Positions 51,711 through 62,110 of a stretch of DNA of 64,000 bases are shown here, one piece after another. The stretch lies in NCBI RefSeq assembly GCF_006345805.1, contig NC_043004.1:57908001-57972000 (forward strand), written 5' to 3'. The notes beneath the pieces are model-generated. The model saw only the letters and a list, made by a program, of their open reading frames with translations. It searched no databases and had not been told where the DNA came from. How positions within the stretch are numbered: the first letter of the stretch is position 1; each line of letters starts with the position of its first letter. The stretch comes from Octopus sinensis. Its lineage: Eukaryota. The translations under genes and the position numbers were made by a program.

Positions 51711-52024
51711 TGCACACGCTCGCGCACATATATTTATACGTCTGCGCGTGTGTGTGTGTGTGTGTGTGTATCTGGGAGTGTATCTATCTACATCTGAACT
51801 ATTACGAATTTTTTTACATTCCAGACTCATTCTCACATCTTGCTTTATATCCTTCTTTACGTATATTTGCATTTCTCTTCAATATGGCATATAAGTATAA
51901 ATACGTTATAAACTGGTCTATTATCTGTTTATTACGTGTTTATGCATTGGTTCGTGTGTAAGCATCAAGCTTATCAATGCACTACATCTATATGTATAAG
52001 TGTAACAATATTTATATATTTCAA

Positions 52025-52215
52025 TGCGGCGAGCTGGCAGAATCGTTATGACGAATGAATAAATGCTTAGTGTATTTCATCTGTCTCCATGTTCTGTGTT
52101 CAAATTAAGGTGAGGTCGACCTTGTCCTTCATCTTTCAGAGTCGATAAAATAAGTACCAGTAATCACCTTACTCCTCTATACCCCAAAATTTCTGGCCTT
52201 GTGCCAAAATTTTAA
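52025..52215 (+). mobile_element. Decayed family C SINE
   Basis: GCGGCGAGCTGGCAGAATCGTT..GAGGTCGACC..GTCGATAAAATAAGTACCAG. Confidence 0.8.
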
Positions 52216-52435
52216 GTTAATATTTATATATTTTAGGTCCGTCTTTTTCTCGAAATTTATTATTATTAACAAGTTTATATTATTACATGTAATTTGTGAT
52301 ACCTATACCAAGGGGGTTGAAATTTACACCATGTCGAGGGTTTTGTTTTTGCTTTTTACTGAAATGTTCACCTTTTCAAATTTTAACCTGCACCAGCTGA
52401 AACACCTGTTGTTCAACTAGGAACAAACGAGACAT

Positions 52436-53044
52436 ACTCTTTACTCTTTACTCTTTTACTCTTTTACTCTTTTACTCTTTGACTCTTTTACTCTTTTACT
52501 CTTTGACTCTTTGACTCTTTGACTCTTTTACTCTTTTACTCTTTGACTCTTTGACTCTTTGACTCTTTTACTCTTTTACTCTTTGACTCTTTGACTCTTT
52601 TACTCTTTTACTCTTTGACTCTTTTACTCTTTGACTCTTTTACTCTTTTACTTGTTTCAGTCATTTGACTGCGGCCATGCTGGAGCAACACCTTTAATCG
52701 AGCAACACGACCCCGGGACTTATTCTTTTGTAAGCTCAGTACTTGTTCTATCGGTCTCTTTTTGCCGAACCGCTAAGTGACGGGGACGTAAACACACCAG
52801 CATTGGTTGTCAAGCAATGCTAGGGGAACAAACACAGACACACAAACACACACACATATATATATATATATACATATATACGACAGGCTTCTTTCAGTTT
52901 CCGTCTACGAAATCCACTCACAAGGCATTGGTCGGCCCGGGGCTATAGCAGAAGACACTTGCCCAAGAAGCCACGCAGTGGGACTGAACCCGGAACCATG
53001 TGGTTGGTTGGCAAGCTACTTACCACACAGCCACTCCTGCGCCT
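52436..53044 (-). mobile_element. SINE family A with expanded 8-bp tail array (52436-52651)
   Basis: Full family A body; tail of about 27 ACTCTTT(T/G) units. Confidence 0.9.
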
Positions 53045-53139
53045 AGACATGGATATAAGTCAATAAATTAATCCAGTTATATTATCGCAGTAAAATCAGT
53101 ACAGGGATACTTATTTCGTCGATCATATATTTTCTCTAG

Positions 53140-53161
53140 AATTATCATTGAAACAGATGAG
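53140..53161 (+). CDS. Candidate 22-nt micro-exon (xIIIETDE)
   Basis: Acceptor ATATTTTCTCTAG|; consensus donor GAG|GTAAGT; open in phase 2. Inference only. Confidence 0.35.
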
Positions 53162-53858
53162 GTAAGTCCATCTGCAAAATGATGAGGAGGAGCAAAACGA
53201 AAAGGGACGAAAATGGCGACGTCGAAGGCGGACACGACGGCAACGGCGCCTTTTCTAACAAAAGGATTACATTAACAAAGACATTTGAACAGACAAATGA
53301 ATGTTTAGATTATGATGAAAAATAACTAAAAAGGAAATTGTCAGATTAAGTTTATGCTGCTAGAATAATCTGCTTATTTTCTCGTAAAAATGTTCATGTT
53401 GTAGGGAAGAAACTAAAGTCGGTATTAAGTTTATTTGTTTGCATGTGTGTGTGTGTGTATGTGTGTGTGTGCATATATGCATGTATGTATATGTCTGTGT
53501 ATCCATATCTAACTATATGCTGTCTGTGCTATTCTGTATTTTGTGAAGTTGTTTTGTGTGTGAGAGTGTGTGAAAGTGTGTGAAAGTGTATGTACGTGTG
53601 TGTGTGTGTTTACACACACGCGCACGTATATAACGTATTATATATGTAAAACGTGTACATTATATAATATACGAATTCTATATAACATGTTATATATATA
53701 TATATACATATATATACATACATATATATATATATACATATATATATACTATATATATACATATATATACATATATATATATACATATATATATATATAC
53801 ATATATACATACATATATATATATATTATATATTATATATTCATATATATATATATAT

Positions 53859-53889
<31 letters not shown>

Positions 53890-54310
53890 TATATATATAT
53901 ATTATATTCATATATAAAGCATAAAATATATTTATATACATTATGCACACTATATAAGTGTAAATGATACTGTATGTGTGTGTGTGTGTAAACGTACATG
54001 CGTGGCTGCGAGAGTCTATATGTGTGTGTTTGTGGGTGTGCATGTGGGTTCCGCGGCTAAGTTCATGCATTTCATTGGCCTTTTTTTTTCCTTTGAAGAA
54101 TTGAAGCCAGTTTCTAAGCGAGGCTCTTCTGTTTAAATTAAGCTAGCTCTTGGGCTTTATGGCTACATAAACTATTTAGTGAATACATATATTTATTTGT
54201 GTGGTTGTGGTGGGTGGGTGCGCGCGCGTGTGTGTTTGTGTGTGTGAAGTGGCACTTATCTAGGGAGAGTGCTCGTCACTCGTGAGTACGAGTTTGTATT
54301 AATGTGTGTG

Positions 54311-54695
54311 AGAGGCGCAATGGCCCAGTGGTTAGGGCAGCGGACTCGCGGTCGTAGTATCGCGGTTTCGATTCCCAGACCGGGCATTGTGAGTGTTTAT
54401 TGAGCGAAAACACCTAAAAGCTCCACGAGGCTGCGGCAGGGATGGTGGTGATCCCTGCTGTACTCTTTCACCACAACTTTCTCTCACTCTTACTTCCTGT
54501 TTCTGTTGTACCTGTACTTCAAAGGGCCGGCCTTGTCACTCTCTGTGTCACGCTGAATATCCCCGAGAACTACGTTAAGGGTACACGTGTCTGTGGAGTG
54601 CTCAGCCACTTACACGTTAATTTCACGAGCAGGCTGTTCCGTTCATCGGATCAACCGGAACCCTCGTCGTCGTAACCGACGGAGTGCTTCCAACC
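54311..54695 (+). mobile_element. SINE, head B + tail X, full length
   Basis: Near-identical to 22273; TSD ATTAATGTGTGTG. Confidence 0.92.
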
Positions 54696-54976
54696 ATTAA
54701 TGTGTGTGTGTGTGTGTTTGCTTTTAACATACGTATTTGAGATAGTGTAGGTAAACTGCATGTATGTACTTCTGTGTTTATGTATGCATGCATGTATCTG
54801 TGCATTTACTAATGCACCTTTGTACGTGTATAAATATTTGAAATTACATACATTTGCATACGTATAACTGAACACACATTTATGAGTATGTACATATGTA
54901 TATATATATATATATGTGTGTGTGTGAGTGTCTGTGTGTCTGTGCGTGTGTACGTATGTGTGTACGTATGTGTGTG

Positions 54977-55050
<74 letters not shown>

Positions 55051-55146
55051 GTATATATTTACACACACATACAATCACACATACATACACACGCACAGAC
55101 ACACAGACACTCACACATATATATATATATTTACATACACACACAC

Positions 55147-55540
55147 AGAGCACAGATGTGACTGTGTGGTAAGAAGGCTGCTTCCAAAACCGCGTGAATC
55201 TGGGTTCAGAGTTATAGCGTAGAAAACTTGGCAAATGTCTTCCACTATAGACTCGGGCCGGCCAAAGCCTTGTGAGTAGATTTAGTAGACGGAAAGGAAA
55301 AGAAGCCCATCTCGTGTGTGTGTGTGTGTACGCCTATGTGTATGTGAGTGTGTGTGTTTGTATGGGTGTGTGTGTGTATCTGTGTTTGTTCCCCACCACC
55401 AACCGCTGTTTCTTTAACCCGTAACTTTAGCAGTTCGGCGAGCGGCAGAATAAATATCAGGGGTCGTTAAATTAAACTTTCTCAAGGTGCTGGCGCAGTA
55501 TGGCCGCAGTCTAATGACTGAAACAAGTAAAAGATAAATG
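55147..55540 (+). mobile_element. Decayed SINE family A
   Basis: GTGACTGTGTGGTAAG..GGCCAAAGCCTTGTGAGT..TATGGCCGCAGTCTAATGACTGAAACAAGTAAAAG. Confidence 0.8.
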
Positions 55541-55733
55541 ATACACATAATCCGGCATGTACACTGCGTAAAAGGAGCAAGTTCTGAGTCATGTTAGGAT
55601 GCAATACCCAAACATTTCGATGCGTACAGTCACACACCAAAACATATATGAGGGCTGGCGTTCGTCTTAACATAACTTATTACACACATGTGAGTGAGAA
55701 CACTTTGAGATCTAACATATGTCAGATACTGCG

Positions 55734-55889
55734 AGCGCTGCTTCTGATTGGTCAATCCATGGTGATGACCCGAGGTCATGGTGACAGCGCTGCTTCTGAT
55801 TGATCAATTCATGGTGATGACCCGAGGTCACGGTGACAGCGCTGCTTCTGACTGGTCAATCCATGATGATGACCCGAAGTCACGGTGAC
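55734..55889. repeat. 52-bp minisatellite, 3 copies
   Basis: Unit AGCGCTGCTTCTGATTGGTCAATCCATGGTGATGACCCGAGGTCACGGTGAC starting at 55734, 55786 and 55838. Confidence 0.92.
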
Positions 55890-55985
55890 GGCACTACTTT
55901 TGTCATTCATAAGTTACAACTAAACGTGAAGAATTTAGTTATTGGGTTAATAAAATATGGTCGTTTATTTGTGTGTAATAAATAA

Positions 55986-56129
55986 AATACCAAACTCATT
56001 CCCTATGGATACCGTATTTATTACAATTCGTGGCTTGTAAACGTATCTAACTTGCTTTCGCTCGTTAGATACGTTTACAAGCCACTTGTTGTAATAAATA
56101 CATTATCCATAGGGAATTCGTTTGGTATT
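55986..56129. repeat. Imperfect palindrome (about 66-bp arms, 12-nt loop)
   Basis: AATACCAAAC..GTGGCTTGTAAACGTATCTAAC / GTTAGATACGTTTACAAGCCAC..GTTTGGTATT. Confidence 0.82.
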
Positions 56130-56609
56130 CTCTATATATTTTATGCCTCAGTGTATCACAGATGTCAAACTAAATACACAAAATATGTAACTGTCATGTG
56201 ACACATTAAACCTCATGGAAACGTGTTTGAGATTTTCGAACAGCTTTACTCTCGTTTTACTAGACAGGATGCAACTTGCTATGAATTTCACTTCTGGAAA
56301 TTTTCCAAGTGAACACTCACTTACTTTAATCTTTGCTTCGGAGTGATTGCCGCACGCTGGGTTCATCCGTTCTTTTGACAGGTGTTACTTTTGTTCTGCC
56401 GAGATTCTAGCAATCCTACTCCTCCCGGTAGCCTAGAGGGATATTGTATGAACAAGAGTGTGTATACATATGTGTTTATATATATTTATATATATATATA
56501 TATATGATAAGTAATACATAATATATATATAATAAATAATGTATAATGTGTGTATATATATATGTATATATATATATATATATATACATTCATACATACA
56601 AACATATAT

Positions 56610-56830
56610 GGGTACAGGACATCACAAACGGTGCAAAATAACATTAAAAAAGTAAACAAACGAGACAGAAAAAGAATGAAGTACGTGAACAACGAGAACA
56701 GGACAAGTAAGCACAGAGAAAGGACCCTTCATCAGTTGTCGACTGTGTAATCTATTCTTCCTTTCGAGCATTTAACGACAATATGAGTATTGAAAGACAG
56801 TTGCTCCCATAGGTTCTAAAATAAAATTTA
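56610..56830 (-). repeat. Dispersed repeat, second copy at 57300-57475
   Basis: TACAGGAC.TCAC.AACGGTGCAAA..ACAGGACAAGTAA.CACAGAGAAAG.ACCCTTCATCAGTTGTCG shared by both copies. Confidence 0.75.
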
Positions 56831-56980
56831 GGATTTATAGAGGGTCAAAGTTGGGAACAAAAATGACAGTGGTGACATACAAGGAAACCGAACGAAAACA
56901 AGCATGTTGGGTCGTTAGACCAGAATGAGTGGGAAATAGAGAACGCTGGCAGAAACATTTTTTTAATGAGAAAAGATAAA

Positions 56981-57028
<48 letters not shown>

Positions 57029-57479
57029 CTACGTTCTTTTAAACGTCTGTGCAGGAACAGAAAGATGGACGATGGTCGCATATGTGCATCGAAAGAGAGA
57101 GAGGGGGAAAGAGGAAGAGAGAGCGATAGAGAGACGTAGAAAACGGTGAAGGAGAGAGAGGAGAAAATAGATTAGAGAAGGAAAGAGGAATAGAACAGTA
57201 TAGAGTAGAGAGTCGCATCAAAAAGGTGAAGATAAACTTGCTTGGTAATGGATGCGTCGCGTTCAGTTAAATACTAAATAATATATAATATACATATGAT
57301 TACAGGACGTCACCAACGGTGCAAATAACATGAAATAGGTAAACAAACGAGAGAAAAATGGATAACAGGACAAGTAAACACAGAGAAAGAACCCTTCATC
57401 AGTTGTCGCATTCAATGACCATATGAGTCTTCATATGAGCCCCATCAATTCTGAAATAAAATTTAGGTCCAATAAGGCT

Positions 57480-58520
57480 TGCATAACACCTCACAAACCT
57501 TGTCCATCCTTTTGACATGATCCAGAGACAAGACAGAGCAAGATATCAAGTGCCAATGTTGGTTGCAGGCTCAAAAATGTGGAAGCACCATGTCTCACGT
57601 ACATGCAAAGACCCTCACTAATGTAATTGCTGTGACATAAATCAAAAGGTTAACGGTTTCGTATGTTGCTTTCATACCTCTGGACTGTGTAACCTTCAGA
57701 TATTTGCTTGCTATTTCGTTCATTGCTTCTAATTCTAATTTACTGGGGTGTTTTACTTATGTTGGTGTTGTGTGGCTTGTCATTCAAATTGTTGAAACAC
57801 ACTACCCTAGACTAAGTAGTCTAGTAAGGCGTTCACAAGTTTTTGGTGTTCTGTTTGTACAGTACAGGTATGGAATTCAGCTCACATTGTTGGTGTGTTG
57901 CTTACTGCTAGATTTGGCTGACCATTGCGTCTATCCATCATTGGAAATGGGATGGTTATCTTCAATGGCTGGCTTAGAATCAACTGCTTCCGTTAGATGT
58001 ATCAACTTACATCTAATGATTTAAATGTTTTAGGGAAAATATCTAATTTGGGATGTTTTGAGTTCCGCAAATATTTTAGCCTTTGCATAAAACCGAAATT
58101 TTGGGGTTCAGATTGTATTTATGCTTCATATAAATCTTTAGCTCAGTAGGTTCATTGTATGCAGTGATTGTAGTTCTGATTTGGTCGAAGGTGACTTACA
58201 CGTTTGGCTATGAAATTTGTTGTTTATTCACTGATATTTATATTTGTTTTTCAAAAATAGACAACGATCTTCCTTAAAAGGTTCGACAAAATTTTGTCAG
58301 AATTAAATTTTACGTTGTTCACAACTTGGGTAATATTTTCTTCCTGGTTGTTTTTAATGCTACAATTACATTTAAACGTACACGTTGAGTGGTGTTGATC
58401 TTTTTTGTAAACTGTTTTACAATGTTGACTTATTTCTTTGTTTGTGTATCGTTAGAATGCTGTGTTTACATAAATGTGTTAAGATATATCGTTAATATAG
58501 ATATGCTGCAATATATGTAA
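57480..58520 (-). pseudogene. Heavily decayed Penelope-like RT/GIY-YIG remnant
   Basis: Ordered but frame-broken motifs on the minus strand: NNVKFN, NLNPKI, IP-LDIF, DSK, NHP, TIPF, LIYV..C.SNYISE. Confidence 0.4.
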
Positions 58521-58888
58521 TGTTTATAACATTTGTGTAGAAATATGTTGCCTTCATATAAGCAGTAATTACAAACGTCCGATTATTGAACTGATCACAA
58601 CTGCCACCATTATGTATGCATGTATGTATGTATGTATGTATGTATGTATGTATGTATGTATTTCGTTAACGGGAACTGAAAGAAGACCATCATGTGCCTA
58701 TCTATCTATCTATCTATGTATCCATCTATCTATACGGTTTTATATAAAATAGTGAAATAACACTAAATAGAAAAACTATGTATGTATGTATGCATGTATG
58801 CATATATGAATGTATGTATGTAACATATGGTGTAATTATAAACAGCAAATTTTAGCCATTTCTCAGCAGACTGATAAAATTATGAACA

Positions 58889-58931
58889 ACCTTAATCGAT
58901 TTTCGAACCTTATTGGGGTCTCATCAGAGGC
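58889..58931 (-). ncRNA. Type I hammerhead ribozyme motif
   Basis: Minus strand GCCT-CTGATGA-GACC-CCAATAA-GGTTC-GAAA-ATCGAT-TA-AGGT; palindromic stem III AATCGATT; triplet TTA. Confidence 0.68.
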
Positions 58932-59614
58932 ATCTACATCATTCTCTCCAGAGAAACAAGCACTCAAACTGTTTACGAATACAATCTTCCCTCTACCTTT
59001 TTTTTCATTTTATAAAAAACTTTTGAGAATAATAAATACCTCATTCTATGTTGAAACTTGTGAACGTAAAGCATCACTTCACTGCAATAATAATTGCTAT
59101 TGACATATGTAGGCTTTCATTTGCGTATATTTGATTTAAAATTTTATGTTTATGGTTTGTTTGTTGTTTCTTGCGTTATTGACTCATTTCAATCAAGCGC
59201 CTCATAGTAAATATATCCCAATCACTCTATAGATATATACACGAAATTTGCCTCGTTTATGTGAACCACTTCTCATTAAAGATTTTTTATGTATATAAGT
59301 CTATCTATGTATATGTGTCTGTGTATATATAAATATAAGCATTTTTGTGTGCGGTATATATGTATATATTTTCGTGTGTATATATACACAAAGTGTATAT
59401 ATACACAAAATGGCGGTGCCCCAGCATGGCCACAGCTCATGAGCTGAAACTGGAATCAATCAATCAATCAAAAGTAATTTAGCAGGAGTTGGCATAACGT
59501 AGAAAAATTTACATCTGCCTTTGCTTACGTATAAGTAAGTTTATATTCTACGTACGAACATTTACTTTTGTGGGCTTGTATACATACAGACATATATACA
59601 GAGAGAAAGAGATG

Positions 59615-59697
<83 letters not shown>

Positions 59698-59895
59698 TTA
59701 TTGGCCACGCAGGTCTAAACACAAAAGGGACAAAATACAAAGTAGAGCTTTTCTTTTTAGGAAGAAGAGAAGGGGGAAAAGTGGGAGGGGCGAATATCGA
59801 TCAAAAGGGATCGTGACAAAAAGGGGTGATGGGAATTCCGATCAAAGGGGATCGTGAAAAAAAAGTGGGGCCGATCAATAGGGATCGTGTATCAC

Positions 59896-59927
<32 letters not shown>
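59615..59927. repeat. (GATA)n arrays flanking an about 200-bp insert with three CGATC-N6-GATCG hairpin repeats
   Basis: GATA tracts at 59615-59697 and 59897-59927; repeats near 59798, 59839 and 59872. Confidence 0.75.
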
Positions 59928-59929
<2 letters not shown>

Positions 59930-60057
59930 GCACATGATGGGCTTCTTTTAGTTCCCGTTAACGAAATCCACTCACAAGGTATTGGTCGCCTCAGGGCTAC
60001 AACAACAAACACTTTCTCTAAAGTCTCATATAGTGGGACGGAACCTGGGACCATATG
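59930..60057 (-). mobile_element. SINE family A head fragment, decayed
   Basis: GGGCTTCTTTTAGTTCCCG..AAATCCACTCACAAGG..GTGGGACGGAACC. Confidence 0.7.
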
Positions 60058-60646
60058 AAAATTGGGAAATAGATTAAACGAAACGATAAGAACAATACAG
60101 TTTTATATAAAATAAATAAATAACATAAGAAATTAAAATCAAAATTGAACGCAACTCTTTCTTTTGGAACTCCAGCTCTAAACGCAAATACGGCAGTTAA
60201 ACTAGTTAAAAATCAATAGTATGCTCTTTTTTTTTTTTTTACCTACTTTGTAAATTAATCGGTCTGCTGATTTCAGAACTGGTCACCTAAAAATTTAATG
60301 ATTTTTAATATCTCCTCTTTTTGATGATTAATTTTTTTAATGTCATAATATAAGTACTGTGTATTTATTTTCTAAAGTAGACACATTTTAATGTGTATTT
60401 CATTATATATTGTCATTTATTAATCTTAGACTTGTATCTGTCAATCGACTGCAGCTCTACTGAGACACCTTTGAAGGGTTGTTCGAACAAATCGATACCA
60501 ATGCATATTTCCTTCTTAAAAGCGTGGTACTTATTCTATCAGTTTCTTTTGCCGAGCCTCTAAGCTATGGGGACGTAAATTAGCCAAAATTGATTGTCAA
60601 GTGATGCAGTAATACAAACACAAACACAAACATCAAGACACTCAGA

Positions 60647-60698
<52 letters not shown>

Positions 60699-60954
60699 CA
60701 TAACGAAATGAAAACATTAACTCTTTCATATGTGAATATTTGATTTTAAATTTTGGTTTGTTATGCCATGTGGTCGGTGTCTAGTGATTGTACTGGGACA
60801 CCAGGCGTGTTATAAAACAATCACAGCACATGAAACTAATAGTAGCACATAAATACATCTATGGCAGTTATTAAATTATATATATATATATATATGTAAT
60901 TTAAATTGAGGGTGAGAAATTGGATATCAATTTAATTAACATCAATTTAACATC

Positions 60955-61070
60955 AGTTTAACGTTCTGATGTTTGCTAAATTTTTCTTGAGAACATTTCT
61001 TAGTGATAAGACCATAGTGGATCTACTTCTAGCGTAACGGTTGTCCACATACTGGTCATCTCTCTCATAT
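60955..61070. mobile_element. Single arm of the 13411 fold-back family
   Basis: ACGTTCTGATGTTTGCTAAA..CTTGAGAAC..GATCTACTTCTAGC..TGGTCATCTCTCTCATAT matches 13596-13706. Confidence 0.78.
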
Positions 61071-61196
61071 GTATGTATATATATATATATATATTCAGAC
61101 GTGTATACTCAAACACACAGAAGCTTCTTTTAGTTTCCATGTACCAAATCCACTCAGAAAGCTTTGGTCAGCCCGAGGCTATAATAGAAGACATCC

Positions 61197-61308
<112 letters not shown>

Positions 61309-62110
61309 ATGTCTGTGTGTCTTTCTGTGTGTGTATTATGCCATACAGGCTGTATCACATATATTTATTTCTAAATTTCTTATACGCCGAAAAGGAAGAA
61401 CTTACATGTATATTTAATCATATTTACATTTACACATTTAAAGATTTAATTTCATATACATCACATACGTAGACAGACAGACAGACAAACAAATAATAAG
61501 AAGCTGAGAGAGTCGTACATACAAATATACATGCATACATACGTACGTATGTATATTTATTATCAACTCTTTTCTTTGAGAAATGGTAACAATTATCGCT
61601 AGGCCCAGGGCCGCCTTAAGCCAGATGGGACGATTGCTCCCAGTCGGACCCCGCGCTCAATGAGGCCACATCCTATACTGCGACATTTCATGAAGGTAGT
61701 CTCCTTGAAGTTTAAAAAAAAATCTACATAAACATACTCCTTAAAAGAAAAAAACATACTTTCTACGCTTTAGCGACATAGGATACCAAAAGATAAACCC
61801 ATTCATCCAAAATTTCTTGGGTCAGCCTTGCTTGTATTTTTAGTGTAAAGGTCAATTGTATGTGTACGTGTGTGTTTGTGAATGTTTCGGAATGTTTATG
61901 GGCGTGTTTGGGTAAAATATTTGTGTGTGTGTGTGAGAGAGAGTACGGGTGTGGCTGTTTAAGTGCATGGTGAATTGTTTGCGTATTTTTGTGTGTGTGA
62001 GAGAGTACGGATGTGGTTGTTTGTGCATGATTAATTAATTGTATCTATATATGTGTGTGTGTAAGTTGCTATAAATATACTTTGTATATGTTTAATTTTG
62101 GGGAAAATTT

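Noticed and set aside
55734-55889. CRISPR-like appearance of short regular repeats (also 52436-52651)
   Set aside because: No unique spacers and eukaryotic context; these are tandem repeats.
56319-56426. 108-nt minus-strand segment with AG and GTAAGT splice signals
   Set aside because: Stops in all three frames; at most a UTR or first exon, with no support, and opposite to the strand suggested by other clues.
61606-61680. GC-rich CAGGGCCGCC start resembling a MITE terminus
   Set aside because: No matching inverted end or TSD found nearby.
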